Source: Octopus bimaculoides (Eukaryota). Taken from it: a stretch of DNA of 64,000 bases. This document shows positions 1-13,241 of the stretch, one piece after another. The notes below the pieces were generated by a model. The model was not told the DNA's origin. It did not search any database and saw nothing but the letters and a program-made list of their open reading frames with translations. The position numbers were made by a program, and so were the translations under genes. The stretch lies in assembly GCF_001194135.2 (NCBI RefSeq), contig NC_068983.1:74055763-74119762 (forward strand), read 5' to 3'. How positions within the stretch are numbered: position 1 is the first letter of the stretch; every line of letters starts with the position of its first letter.

Positions 1-116
1 CGATGCCGAGGCTCTTTTGGCTGCTAGCTCGATGCCGAGGCTCTTTTGGCTGCTAGCTCGATGCCGAGGCTCTTTTGGCTGCTAGCTCGATGCCGAGGCT
101 CTTTTGGCTGCTAGCT
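1..116. repeat. Tandem repeat, 29-nt unit x4 (CGATGCCGAGGCTCTTTTGGCTGCTAGCT), may extend left of the window
   Basis: Four perfect copies starting at 1, 30, 59 and 88. Confidence 0.95.
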
Positions 117-1374
117 CGTATCTGTCTTTGATCACAGTTTAATCCATTAACATTTTACTGGCTGTATCTGGCCCAGATATTCAGCCTGTATTATGTCCAA
201 TTTGACCAGTTCTAACCTCTCACACACCTCTACAATGTCATTTTTAAAATAAACCATCACCTCATTGAAATCTCGAAGCTGCAAGATAATGCATGATAGT
301 TCAAAACCATCTGAATAAGCATTTAATTTGACAGTAATCTGAAAGCCAAAGGGTTAAAACACCTAAAACAGTCAGGCTCTTAAAACAATTAGAAGCATGG
401 TACAGTTTACCAAGTCAAACTCACTTGTGAGTGACAGCTATACTTTGCTTTAAGTTTACCTTCAACTCCAATTAGACCTTGAAGAAGGAAAAATGATTTA
501 CTTTTAACTTTGTTTTTTTTAGAACATGAAATGACTTTTCAAGTAGAGGAAAACTGACGACTTTAATAGATCTGAGAACTATTACTAAGAGCTGGTTTGA
601 ACTTAGATATGAGAATTTGTGTTGCTCTTCGACAAAATTTAATGCCAACCAGAGATATGAACTCTGAGCAATCTACATGATAGCCTTTGGGCTACTTGTG
701 GGCTGTGTTGCTTGCAGGACTAGCATGCTTAATGAAAAACTAACTTGAATTATTTTTTTAGTTGTGCAGTTCGATTAATAATAAGCCATATCTCATGTTG
801 CCTACCTTTTGCAAAAGGTTGCTCATTCCTGCTCTGATTGCTTGACCTGCTTCAAATAGCAGCAAAATCTTCCATGAATAATTTTTTAATGCCTTAAATA
901 TAAAAGACTCATTGAAAACAGTCTGGGTGGGGGGATGCAGGATGGTCATAGTAGCTGAAAAATTTCCTTTGATCAAAGGGTAGTTCAATTAGAGCTGAAC
1001 TGGAGCGAAACAATAACAACAAAGAACATGAGTTATTTTTGAAAGACAGGTAACTGATGTCAATTAAGATTAATCTTTCTTTTCTAAATTTGCAATTGTC
1101 TGAAACTTAACTCTGAAAGGACGACAGGCAAAGTTGGGATTTGAGCTGGTGGGATTTGAGCTCATAAATTCCATTGAGGTCAACTTTGCCTTTTCAACTT
1201 TGCCTTTCATCCTTTCAAGGTTGTTCTCTGTAATCAAAGAGTTCCCTTCAAAATTGCTGTCTTTTGCCTATGCATGGAAATTCAAAACAATATGAATAAG
1301 TTTCCTTCAAATTCATTGGCTTTTGCCTATATTTAAAAACAATTATTAATATTTATTTTTCTTTCAATTTCCAG

Positions 1375-1425
1375 GATTACCCCAGTTGTCATTCTGATAG
1401 GTTGGTTCTCATATTTAAGAAAAGA
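1375..1425 (+). CDS. 7TM receptor-like host gene, first exon recognised in window (TM4: (W)ITPVVILIGWFSYLRK)
   Basis: tttccag acceptor, AAGA|gtaagt donor, phase 2 joins in frame to exon at 5008. Confidence 0.75.
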
Positions 1426-1489
1426 GTAAGTTAATTTTTTGTTTTTCAAAATGTTTATAGTATAGAAAGTTTGCTTCTGCATTGAAAAG

Positions 1490-1945
1490 ACCCATCAAGC
1501 CAAGTGAAATCAGTCATGATTTCACTTGGCCGATGCTGGTGTCACATAGCTGGCACTTTTGCTGGTGGTATGTAAAAAGCACCTTTTGAGCATTGGCCTT
1601 CAGGGAGTCAAGGTGACCAATGCTGGTGGCACGTGGAAAGCATGTTTCTAGTGTTGGGCCTCATGGAGGCAATGATGAATGATTGAGACCTGGCATTATA
1701 CTGTGCTTGAGAAAACCCATCAAGCCAAGTAAAGTCATAGTTGTGGCAGATAATGTTGTCATGCAAGTGGCACCCATGCAGGTGGCACATAAAAGCACCC
1801 ATTACACTCTCAAAGTGGTTGGCGTTAATGAAGGGCATCCAGCTGTAGAAACCATGCCAAATCAGACTGGAGTCTGCCTTCCAGCTTGCCAGCCCTGGTC
1901 AAACTGTCCAACCCATACCAGCTTGAACAATGGACGTTAAATGAC
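1490..1945. mobile_element. Interspersed repeat (SINE-like, family C)
   Basis: Homologous to 10920-11185 (GGTGGCACATAAAAAGCAC ... GGGCATCCAGCTGTAGAAACC ... AACGGACGTTAAATGA). Confidence 0.7.
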
Positions 1946-3828
1946 GGTGATGATGATCAATATTTTTCTGGTTATTCAATTATTTATGAAATAGCTTAAT
2001 CTGGAATTTTTGTAAGTTTCATGACAAAAGAATCAGCAGCTGAAGATAATTTGTAAGGCAATGACATTTTAAAAAGAAAAAAAAATTATCTTTTACATTT
2101 TAGCTTGTTTCAGTCATTAGACATGTTGGGGTACCACCTTGAAAATTTTAGTCAAATGAATTGACCCTAAAACTATTTAAGTCTGTTACTCTATCAGTCT
2201 CTTTTGCCAAACTGCTAAGTTATGGGGATATAAATACATCAACATCAGTTGTCAAGTGGTGTTAGGGGACACACATAGCTATATATTGTGTCTAGGGAGG
2301 TTCATTAAGCCAATAAAAATTAAAATGCAAAAATGGGGGAGTGCGCACGCGCACGCGCACGCGCACGCGCGCACGCACACGCACAGGTGCCATGTGGTGG
2401 GGCTGAACCAAAAATCCTGTGATTAGGAAGCAGACATTTTACCATGCAGCCATACTTCATAATTTTTATTTTATTCCATTTTTGGCTTGGGTAAAATGAT
2501 AGTAACAATACTCTAAGTACTTCAACTGCAGTTTTTCTCCAGTTTGAAATTTTGATAGTGGTGGTATTTTGTTTTAGATCAGCTCTGATCAGAGGCATGC
2601 TAACTGTGATCATATCCCCTTTTATTTAAACTTAGTGGATCTAAGATTAAACATGCCTTATTTTCAAGATGGCAGAAGTGATTTAAAAAAAAATTTTTAT
2701 TGGAAGAGTTATTTGCCATTTCTAGCAGGATAAATGACCACATTGATTCTGATGCTTAAAGTTGAGAAACATCATTAAAAAGGAAATCTCAAAGGGTCTT
2801 TAACTTGCAGAGCCTGGATTTCAGGAAGAGCCCAAGGCTTTTGCTGGCACTCTTGGATCACTATTGAGATATATATCCTTGAGGCCAACTCCTGCCAGTA
2901 TTGAAAATAGACATTAAATGATGTTGGTGACATTCCTCTTGAATTTTTTGTAAGTCAGCTCCTATGAGAAAGAGATGAATAGGGAGGTAATTCCTGTGAA
3001 CCAATTGTTTGAGAAGGAAGGGAGGGGGAGGGGAGGTTTCACCACAACAGTGGTGATGAGGGGAGACAAATGGGTCAGGAGTACTCGAATGTACCTTACT
3101 GACTTTGAGGCAGGGACCCTGGGAACATGAGGAGCAAAGGCTTTGGTAGTAAGGAAGAAAAAGCAGATGCAGGATACAGCATATCTGTGGGCCAGAGGCT
3201 GGTGTAGGTTTTTGCATGACTTTATGTCAGTCAGTTTGTCAGGCCCTTTTCTGGGTGTGGTTTAGGGTGTCTGTGTAGCAGCAGCATCCCAGCACTGGGT
3301 ATAATACTGTGGGCTTCATCTGAGCTTTGCAATTTCAGCAAAGTGATAAACAGAAGTGAGATGGGTGAGCTGAATTTACATATTACATATTACAATCTCT
3401 GACTCACACATTTGCTGTTACTGCTCTCTCTCTCTCTTTACTTCATCAGTTACTATGAATGGCCTTTGTTCCTGGTATCATGTGTGACAAAGCAAATTAT
3501 ATTTATTTTCATTTGTTAACCTTTTGACTAGTATCTGGTTAAATGTGTCTTCTGGTGATGGAAAAGAACAGGAGAGATGTAAATTGCATAGTCCAATTTG
3601 TTTTTGTATTCATTTCAGTACCATTTTAATTTTAAAAATAACAAAAATAGTAACTACTCTGGCAAAATCAGTGAGATGAACATAGTCTAAAATTAACATT
3701 AGTTTTAAAATGGTAGAGTATAGCTGGAGGTGAAGTGGGGATTTAGTTATATATCTATCTATCTATCAGGTCACATGACAACAGATTTGTTGTCTTATGT
3801 AATAAATCTGGGGAGTATACCTGTGGGC

Positions 3829-4206
3829 TGTGGAGGTGCAATGGCCCAGTGGTTTGGGCAGCGGACTCGCGGTCATAGGATCGCGGTTTCGATTCCCAGA
3901 CCGGGCGTTGTGAACGTTTATTGAGCGAAAACACCTAAAGCTTCACGAGGCTCCGGCAGGGGGTGGTGGCGAACCCTGCTGTACTCTTTCACCACAATTT
4001 TCTCTTGCTCTTTCTTCCTGTTTCTGTTGTGCCTGTAATTCAAGGGTCAGCCTTGTCACACTGTGTCATGCTGAATCTCCCCGAGAACTACGTTAAGGGT
4101 ACACATGTCTGTGGAGTGCTCAGCCACTTGCACGTTAATATCATGAGCAGGCTGTTCCGTTGATCGGATCAACTGGAACCCTCGTCGTCATAACCGACGG
4201 AGTGCC
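3829..4206 (+). mobile_element. tRNA-derived SINE, family A
   Basis: tRNA-like head (GCAATGGCCCAGTGG...GGTTTCGATTCCC); 12-nt TSD ATACCTGTGGGC at 3817-3828 and 4207-4218; near-identical copies at 5244-5676 and 34408-34796. Confidence 0.9.
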
Positions 4207-5007
4207 ATACCTGTGGGCCATAACTTGCCATATGGCCAACTGTTTACTTGCATGATCTGACCCAGGACTGCAAACAACAAGAAGCACACATTAAAGAACG
4301 AAGTACAACATTCAGTATACCTGATGTTAGATAGTCTAGTCATGGTTGGAATGCATTTGGTTATATATTTGCTCATTCATGTCATAACAACAATAATTAA
4401 TACTATATAAAAATGTAATAAAGACAATCTCAATAGCTTAGAGTATTCTCTGGAGTCACTCATTTGTAAGGAAGGGTGGTTATTATGATTAATGTACTCA
4501 ACCCAAATGCCAGTGATTTTGATTCAGCTTGGTTTGGTTGATCACACTCCTCTTTCATTTTCCATACTGGCTGAATCTAGAAGAGGCAGTGCCCATGACC
4601 TTTTTAGGCCTCACCAAAGCTGGTGAAGTTTATGTTGTTGGTGTTCTGTCTTAATTGTTGCAATTCAGCAAGTGCAGGAAAGATATGACCAAGAAGCTTC
4701 CAGTAACCCTATATTTTTAGGAGAAATGTCTAGGAATAGTAGTTAGTGTAAAATGTGAGGAGTTGGACAAACAACTGATGAGGGGTGGAGAGATAAATGG
4801 ATCAGAAGTGTCTGATTAGAGAAGGTTTCAGAATAACCAGATCTGTGGTACAGAGACTGTTATTGTAACTATAATAAACACATTTCAACCTCTGCCCCAC
4901 ATTCATGCTGTCTCTGTTATTGATGTAATACTAATCGTTACATATGTGTGACTATGTACCATGTACTCTTGGGAAAACAAAACAATCATCACATTATTTT
5001 TGAATAG

Positions 5008-5068
5008 TTATATCTACCTTTTGAACTCCTCTTGCAACTGGACAATTCCAAAAGAATATTCTGTGAAG
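5008..5068 (+). CDS. 7TM receptor-like gene exon (ECL2: DYIYLLNSSCNWTIPKEYSVK)
   Basis: aatag acceptor, GAAG|gtaagt donor, phase 2 in / phase 0 out; Cys-x-Trp typical of ECL2. Confidence 0.8.
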
Positions 5069-5243
5069 GTAAGTTTGATTTCATTATTTTGTGTTACATT
5101 TTCCATTTATGGGTGGAATAGATATTTGCAAATATCCATTTTTTGACCAGTTAAATGTCTCTCAGATCATCTCTCCCAAAATATACACATACAAGAGGTA
5201 ACTATAGAGGTTGACAAAAAAATGGTATTTGACCATATTGTTC

Positions 5244-5676
5244 GCACTCCGTCGCTTACGACATCGAGGGTTCCAGTTGATCCAATCAACGGAACAGCCT
5301 GCTCATGAAATTAATGTGCAAGTGGCTGAGCACTCCACAGACACGTATACCTTTAATGTAGTTCTTGGGGATATTCAGCGTGACACAGTGTGACAAGGCT
5401 GACCCTTTGAATTACAGGTACAACAGAAACAGGAAGTAAGAATGAGTGAAAGTTGTGGTGAAAGAGTACAGAAGGGTTCGCCACCATTCCCTGCTGGAGT
5501 CTCATGGAGCTTTAGGTGTTTTCGCTCAATAAACACTCACAACGCCCGGTCTGGGAACCGAAACCGCGATCCTATGACNNNNNNNNNNAAACACTCACAA
5601 CGCCCGGTCTGGGAACCGAAACCGCGATCCTATGACCGCGCGTCCGCTGCCCTAACCACTGGGCCATTGCACCTCC
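5244..5676 (-). mobile_element. tRNA-derived SINE, family A
   Basis: Reverse complement of the 3829-4206 element; contains a 10-N gap with an artefactual duplication. Confidence 0.9.
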
Positions 5677-6920
5677 ACAATTGTGCATGTATACATATAT
5701 GTATGTGAATCTTATGCATTTATAAATAACATACAAGTTTAAATTGGTAGATGTTTATAAGGCTGGAAGGTATAATATTTCTATATTTGGGGTCCATTGC
5801 ACAATATATACCCGTTTCCTCTTCTGCTCTCTGTTTATTTGCTACTCTTTCATCTGTCTATCACTCATCTTTTTTATCAATGTCTCTCTTTCTTCAGCCA
5901 AACTGTTTCTATTCACTTATCCACTGCCTGACTAAATAGGGTGTGTGTATGTGTATGTGTGTGTGTGTAAACTAGATTTTTGGAATGAGCATGAATGTAT
6001 ATATGTATGCATATATATGTATATATATTATATTTATATCCACTAGCACTCATTGTTGAGTATTCAAGTATGCACACATTTTCCTTACCTATTGAATGGC
6101 ATAAGGGGCAAACTATATTTGAAAAATATGAATTATTCACGTAACATTGTAATTGTTGTTATTTGTTCTAGAACTATCCATGGAAATACCATTATCACCA
6201 GTATATAAATGTATAACCCCTTAATTTGTAACTAGCTTGAGTGCTAAAATACGAAACTCACTGTCCTTGAGTCACTCTTACTTCTGCTAAATATTCTTTC
6301 ATATAGTTATATTTTGAAAGATAAGGAGGTATCAAATTACTTATTCACTTTAAGGTAATATTTAGTCTTCTATGTAACCATGAAATAGACATGTAACCTG
6401 TAATCAGATTGTGTCAGATATAAATAAATTTGTAATTTTGGATGAATTCACATGCAGTGGATAAATATGTTTGAAGCTTAAATTTGCGTAAAAAACTACA
6501 AAAATGAAACAAATATATCGTACCTTATGTGCAAGAGAATTACGCAAAGACTGAGTAAATTAAACGGCGAACTAATTTAATTTCAATTTAGATTAATGCT
6601 CAACAATAATAAGATATACGTATTTAAAGGTCATAATGACGTAAGGGAAATAACCCCGTCCTTAAATGTAAGGGAGGCCACTCTATCAGCACCGAAAATT
6701 GACTTGTCAATGAAGAAACTTCCTCGACAACGACCAAACTGGTCTCGCTGTTTATTAGTCTATCAAAGAAAGGAATATATTATATAAAACCGTCCTAGAT
6801 ACACAATACCCGAGAAAAGAACAGGAGTTTTTTGGATACAGATCTACTTTATTACAGTTAACCTAGAGTTAAACAATTATTTGAAGAGACCAGTGATCTT
6901 TGTCTGCTGATTTCTGTTAC

Positions 6921-7118
6921 TCTTTTATTTGTTTCAGCCATTTGACTGCGACCATGCTGGAGCACCGCCTTTAGTCGAGCTAATCGACCCCAGGACTTAT
7001 TCTCTGGAAGCCTAGTACTTATTCTATCGGTCTCTTTTGCCGAACAGCTAAGTTACGGGGGACGTAAACACACCACCATCGGTTGTCAAGCGTTGGTGGC
7101 GGGACAAACACACACACA

Positions 7119-7156
<38 letters not shown>

Positions 7157-7310
7157 TATACGACGGGCTTCTTTCAGTTTCCATTTACCAAATCCACTCA
7201 CAAGGCTTTGGTTGGCCTAAGGCTATAGTAGAAGGTGCCACACAGTGGGACTGAACCCGGAACCATGTGGTTGGTAAGCAAGCTACTTACCACACAGCCA
7301 CTTCTGCGCC
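6921..7310 (-). mobile_element. tRNA-derived SINE, family B, with internal (TA)n/(CA)n
   Basis: Head GGCGCAGAAGTGGCTGTGTGGTAAG...GGTTCAGTCCC on - strand; homologous to 62103-62500. Confidence 0.85.
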
Positions 7311-8423
7311 TAATAAATTTTTTAAAATTGAAGGTGCTGTGGTGTGAAGAGGCAAATTCTAAAGGTTGTGAGCTGGAACCTTTGTCAAAAGAAGATTACC
7401 AATTATACAAGACACTTATTTCTACACCACTTCAATAATACTGTCTCCCCACTTTTTTTTTTTCATAATGTTACTCCAGATTATTCCATTGCCTTTCAGG
7501 CACATCAAACAGAATAGTCTGTGTGTGCTGTTTAACTCTTTCACTGCAAAATTAAATTTCATGGCTATTCTTGTAATCTTAAATATCTACCAACAAAATA
7601 GAATTTGTATTTTCTGGAAGCCACATAGCTTCAATAAATTTGACAGATCTTGACAGAAAATAGTCTCAAATATTAAATTCCTCAACAAAATATAGATTGG
7701 TATATAAAATTGTTTCCATAGTGAAGGATAATAAAATTTTGTGGGTACACACCTGCTTTTTGTAGTGAAAAACTGAGGAAAATGTCTTTCTTAACCATTT
7801 TACTGCATACCTGCTGCATGAAGACTTAATAGTAAAGTTGGTGTTAGGCCATTTATACTAAGCCAAGAAACCTTAATTATGCCATTAATTATATGGCTTA
7901 GTCTGTGGAAGAACATTGAAACTCTAAAATAGTTTGGTGGGTTGGACATGAATGCAACTTTCTTCAAGTTAGTAAAAAAATGACATTGAAGAAATGATTT
8001 GGAAAACTTAAAGATCTCAAAAACAGACTGGTGTTGAAAGGTTGTCAATGTGTAAGATAAAAGCATACTTGTTATGAGCAATTCTGGCCAAACAATACTG
8101 AAAGACAAACCCTCAATATTGGGGATTGAATCTGACTTTCAGCAGTTCAGTGACAAATGTAGGCATGTTTCTGTATTATCCCATCAAGAAAGTGTAATCT
8201 TACCATGACTGCAAAAGGTAGTGAGGGAGAACACTGACTGAGGTAATACCAGTTAAGAATTATTTCAAGATTGTTTTCACTGCCTTTACTGACTCAAATT
8301 AGTTTGTTCTCATCACTGTGGATATAATTTAAAAAAAAAATTAATCTGGATAGTGTGTATATTATCTTCAATAGATAATGTATGTTTGAAATCTTTACAA
8401 ACCCATGTTTTATTCTGTTTCAG

Positions 8424-8504
8424 AACAACTCCATGGCATTCCTGTTCTGGTTCAATAACAGCTTTCCAGTAGGAATCTACATCATAGTTTTAATTGCTAT
8501 CCTG
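8424..8504 (+). CDS. 7TM receptor-like gene exon (TM5: NNSMAFLFWFNNSFPVGIYIIVLIAIL)
   Basis: tttcag acceptor, CTG|gttagt donor, phase 0/0, hydrophobic helix. Confidence 0.8.
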
Positions 8505-9754
8505 GTTAGTACACTTTATAAAATGAGAATGGCTTGCAATATTTTGTTTGGAGGGGAAATTTACAGATGGTGTTTACATATCATTGGTGGTTAAAAAAAG
8601 GAATAACATCTAAGAGAAAGAAATGAACAGTTTAAGTTGATATTCCTTGTAGAGTCAAAATTGTTTCTATCACTTGAACATGGTTCTGGTGGGTCTACTT
8701 TATGGTAACTCTATGAATCTACCTTTTGTTTAGTTGCCTCCTTTTCTGTAAGAATGAACAATTTGTTTAAATTAAAAAATTATTAATTGTTAAAATGTTT
8801 ATAGTAGGAAGCAAGAAGCACTTTTTAATTCTGTCTCAACTAAGGAGTGGTAACTGTTTATACCTAAGCATTAGATAATTTTACATTGCAATATATTTCT
8901 ATAAATACTTGAAATTGATTTTTAAGGTTATAACTCCAGTATGAGTGGCCTGATGGTTAAGGTGTTGGAATCACTATTGCAAGATCATGATTTTGGTTTC
9001 CAGACTGGGTAGGCAGTGCATTCTTTTTGCATTTCTCCAATCCATTCAGCTGAAAATTAGCACCAACAACAGCTGAAAGTTAGTCCTGTAACTGACTTGT
9101 ATCCCATTTTAGGGCTGTGTTGTACTCTGTTGCTTATATACCTCAAAAACTTGGATAAACCCTTGCCTAATAATTCTGTAGGCTCATGTTAAACCTAACC
9201 CTATCCAAAAGGGAATATATGACTTTGGTGAGGTTTCCAATGTTGACCTTCTGCTTCTGTGTAGTTAGAACCTTGCATATTCAATCATTTAGGTTGTGTC
9301 AGGGGATATCTGAAAAAATAATATTTTGGTAAAATAATTTCAGTAATTAGTACTTCAAGTCTTGTAATACACTATTGAACAGATGATTTAGTCTGAACAT
9401 TAACATATGAAAAATGGTTAATGCAAGGAGCATTAACCCTTTTAATAACAAACCTGTCTAATACATTCCCTGGTTTGATGATACAAACTGCTTATTTTAA
9501 AATGATTTAATTAAAACCATCCATCAAAATTTCATACTAACTTTTGTTCCAAACACCAGCTTAATAATGATGAATTTAATTTAAATTCTTTATTATTTTG
9601 ACAATTAATCAAAATAAAGACTGAAATATTATAAGAGTTAAATAGCTAGCTCAAAATAATTGTAAAGCAAGAAAAAATATATTAGTCATTGACTTATTTG
9701 ATGAAATAATATAACTAATAGGTTTCATATTAATGATTTTATATTTACTGGCAG

Positions 9755-9806
9755 ATATTGAGTTGTAAAGTAATTAAAATGTACACCCAAGCAAACAGAA
9801 ATCGGG
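9755..9806 (+). CDS. 7TM receptor-like gene exon (end TM5/ICL3: ILSCKVIKMYTQANRNRG)
   Basis: ggcag acceptor, CGGG|gtaagt donor, phase 0 in / phase 1 out. Confidence 0.8.
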
Positions 9807-10919
9807 GTAAGTTAACATATTGCTCACTTTCTCTTTCATTTTTCCATTTTTTGTTTTTGTCTTATTTATATGCAAACAGTATCATTCTGACATCCATTCT
9901 TGCATGGACTGGATGGAATTTGTGGCAGACTTTCTGCTAGGGTTGAATACCCTCCCTGTTGCCAACCCTCAGTTTCCAGGCAAGGTAGTATTACCCAATG
10001 GCCAGATGTTTTCTTGCAGAATATTGGTAATGAATGATGCTGCTTGTATGACAATGACTAGCATTTTATAAGTATTATGCAATGTCACGACAAGGTAACC
10101 CATGCACACACACAGACACACACACACAGACACACACACACATACATTGTGATTGTTTTTCTTCCATTTCTGTCTACCAAATATACTCACAATGCTGTGG
10201 ATGACCCAAAAGACATTTGCCCAAAGTGCCATGCAGTGGTACTGAATGAACTCCGATCCACGTGGTTGGGCAGCAAACTACTTATCACATAATCACGTCT
10301 GTGTCTATGTCTTCTGCAAATCTTAGTGATATTTACAAGATAGATTCTGATTTTAAAGAGATGATAGAGGGATAAAAATGGGTGGACATTTACCGTATCA
10401 CAGACTTAAGCAACCTGGACCAACATGACAAAGTGGATGCCAAAATATTGATGGTAATGATGATACACATACAAAGGGTGTGGTGTGGTGCAATTGAAGA
10501 AAGGTTTAACTTCTGAATTTAAGGATACAACTTCAAGAGGGTTACTGACCTATTTTATAAACACTTCTGCAGGTTGATACTTAAGATTATAGAGTATTAG
10601 CCAGTAAAAGTGGTTATTTAGCTCCAGAAGGGTTGTAATGAAGCACTTATAGGATCAGAAGTATTCAAACTATGATCATACATGTCTTTGTGCATATAGG
10701 ATTATATTATCTCCTGTCTATTTTTTGCAAAATGACAGTTTGATGGAAGGTGGTGGTGGTAATTTGGCTGCTATTTCTAGCAGGTCAGTATCCTGAAGAG
10801 AATTGCTTAGATCAGGCAAAGTAAAGATCTAGCAGATAGATTGCCATTTTTTTCTTTTCTTTTTACTTTTTCTCTTTTTTTACAAAGACATTTGGAATAC
10901 AGTTTAGAATAAGTGTGGG

Positions 10920-11185
10920 TCAATGCCAGTGGCACATAAAAAGCACCATCTAAACGTGGCCAATGCCCCTTGACTGGCTCCCATGCCAGTGCTGCTTGAC
11001 TGGCTTCCATGCCGGTGGCACATAAAAAGCACTCACTACACTCTTGGAGTGGTTGTCAATAGGAAGGGCATCCAGCTGTAGAAACCTTGCCAGATTAGAT
11101 TGGAGCCTGGTGCAGCCCACTGGCTTGCCAGACCTCAGTCAAACTGTCCAACCTATGCCAGCATGGAAAACGGACGTTAAATGAT
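10920..11185. mobile_element. Interspersed repeat (SINE-like, family C)
   Basis: Homologous to 1490-1945. Confidence 0.7.
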
Positions 11186-11243
11186 GAATATTTTAGTGAT
11201 TAATTGTCTTTTCTTTTGTTTTAATCAATTTGATCCAATTTAG

Positions 11244-11336
11244 GTATAATTGGTTATTGCCAGAGACGTCGAGAACATCAGCTGAAAGCTCATCTTGCAT
11301 TTGATGTTGTCATTTTTATGATTTGTTGGGGACCTT
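11244..11336 (+). CDS. 7TM receptor-like gene exon (ICL3/TM6: IIGYCQRRREHQLKAHLAFDVVIFMICWGP)
   Basis: tttag acceptor, CCTT|gtaagt donor, phase 1/1; FxxCWxP TM6 motif. Confidence 0.85.
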
Positions 11337-11812
11337 GTAAGTAACAGTTTTCTTTTATCAGCAAACCTTTCTTGTGATATGTAACCAATATCTTTTTACT
11401 ATCTATCGGTATTTGGCTCTAGATCAGCTTTTATACAGCAAACCAAAGCTCAAAGGTATTCCAGCTGTGATTGTCTGACATAGTGTTTTTTTAAAAATTT
11501 TTTCAAATGAATTTTTTTTTTATCAGCATAGAGTAGCCAAGACGTTATCATTTCAAGTACTGTTATAATGCAATATTGGTAAGACTTGCTGGCTATTTCT
11601 AAGATTGTTAAATATTGAGCAGCCTCTCTCTGAAGTTCTTATTTATAGTTAAAAGTTTAAAGATCCATAGTCCTATGAATACACTGTTTCTATTAGTTGG
11701 ACTGGTATCTTCATCTTGATTGTTGCTTTCATTACAATCAAGATGAAGGCACCAGTCTAATATAAACAGTATACATAATATAAATTCCTCATCTCAGAAA
11801 TATAGAATTGTA

Positions 11813-11960
11813 TTGGGTCATCCCATAAATAATGTAGTTTTTTTCAATTGCATGAACTAAAAGTTGGAGGGGGACGGGATAAACTTACTATAAAAGCAGG
11901 TAGTAATTTTACCTTGTCCTTATTCTTAGTGCGAGTTTTGAAGAGGGCAGTTCGATTTGA
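11813..11960 (+). mobile_element. Mariner 5' end fragment (TIR) in host-gene intron
   Basis: TATTGGGTCATCCCATAAATAATG matches the TIR of the mariner at 60401-61240; similarity continues about 120 nt. Confidence 0.75.
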
Positions 11961-12407
11961 AAGAAACACATTTAGCAGGGCTTACATATATTACTATTTA
12001 TAACAGTTTGATTTGGCCCCATACAACTTTGTGTTTTGTAGGCTTTTTACAAAACCGTGGCTCATTGGGCTCAAGTAGTAGAATCATTATACACACACTC
12101 TTTTACTGATTTCAGCTATTTGATTGTGGTTGTGCTGCAATACTATCTTTTTTAAGGTATAATGGCTTACATCAATCCCAATAATTACTTAATTTTCAAT
12201 TGTATGGTTGAAATGATCCAAAACACAGCTGTGGGAAATTTGAACTCAGTGTATTTAGTACAAAATATTTTGACACTCAACAAATTCTGCCATCACCCCG
12301 TCATAATGATTTTTATATAATTCTTATATAACACTCATTTAAAAAAAAATACACTAGCATTTTTTAAATGTGTTTAATGTAATTATTGTATGTGATATCT
12401 TTTTCAG

Positions 12408-12490
12408 CTATTATCATCAATATTACCATGTTGTATAACAGCTGCAACCATACCCCAATTTGTATTTCTAGGATAATCTTCTTATTACAG
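12408..12490 (+). CDS. 7TM receptor-like gene exon (SIIINITMLYNSCNHTPICISRIIFLLQ)
   Basis: ttttcag acceptor, CAG|gtaagt donor, phase 1 in / phase 0 out. Confidence 0.85.
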
Positions 12491-13115
12491 GTAAGTGACA
12501 TGGCTTTTAGCATAACTACAATAACTAAAAACTTAAATATTTTAGTAGTAAGCTTCAATAAATTTTGTATTGTCAATGAAACAAGAAAAGATATGAGCTT
12601 TGCTTAACTGCTCAATAAAATGGCTATAGGAGTAGTTTAACCATACATGAGCTCTGATCGTATAGTCAAAGATGGTATTAGATTAAGACCATGTCACCGT
12701 TTTATGTTAGTGATCACATTGCTCAGTGTATCCTATATTTAATAAGACATGTTTTGAGGGAAATTTGGTTTCTGTTTTAGCAGGTTCTGTGACCATACAG
12801 ATCAGGCACAGGCAACTTTTTTCAAGAAGCAGGCTGCATGTGACAGGGATCATCAGATGGGTTGCATTTCTCAAATTTTGATGATAATTTTTCATTGAGC
12901 ATACAATTCAGAAATCCTATGGGTCACAGTTTGCCCATGACTTCTTGACTTGAAGTAGTAGTAAAGTTGGATCCCTCTATTCTATTGTCTGTATTTTAAC
13001 TAACATAACCTCATAGCAACCTTACAATATTTGCAGACATAACTACATACTTTGTTTCATTTTGAGGAATCCAAGTTTAACCTTCTATTATTACCATCTT
13101 GGTTTTTGTTTACAG

Positions 13116-13241
13116 GCAATATTGGCACCATCACAAGGAATTATCGATTTTGCTGTCTTCTACTTCAATGTAAACCACTGGTGCTTGTTTTTGGCAGAAG
13201 ACGACCCAAATATCATGACACCACTTCTACACAGCAGTTAG
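13116..13241 (+). CDS. 7TM receptor-like gene, terminal coding exon (TM7 + tail: AILAPSQGIIDFAVFYFNVNHWCLFLAEDDPNIMTPLLHSS*)
   Basis: ttacag acceptor, in frame, TAG stop; LQAILAPSQG resembles TM7 of GPR143 (NPAQG) and TMEM116 (TSQG). Confidence 0.85.
   Translation, partial: AILAPSQGIIDFAVFYFNVNHWCLFLAEDDPNIMTPLLHSS

Noticed and set aside
1-130. Resemblance to the U2 snRNA 5' end (GGC.CTTTTGGCT...GTATCTGT), a known Tx1-clade target
   Set aside because: Match is short and gapped, with no Sm site or downstream stems, and it lies 14 kb from the array.
6524-6571. Exon-like segment on - strand (ttag...AAG|gtacga) inside the host intron
   Set aside because: No partner exons or recognisable peptide found.
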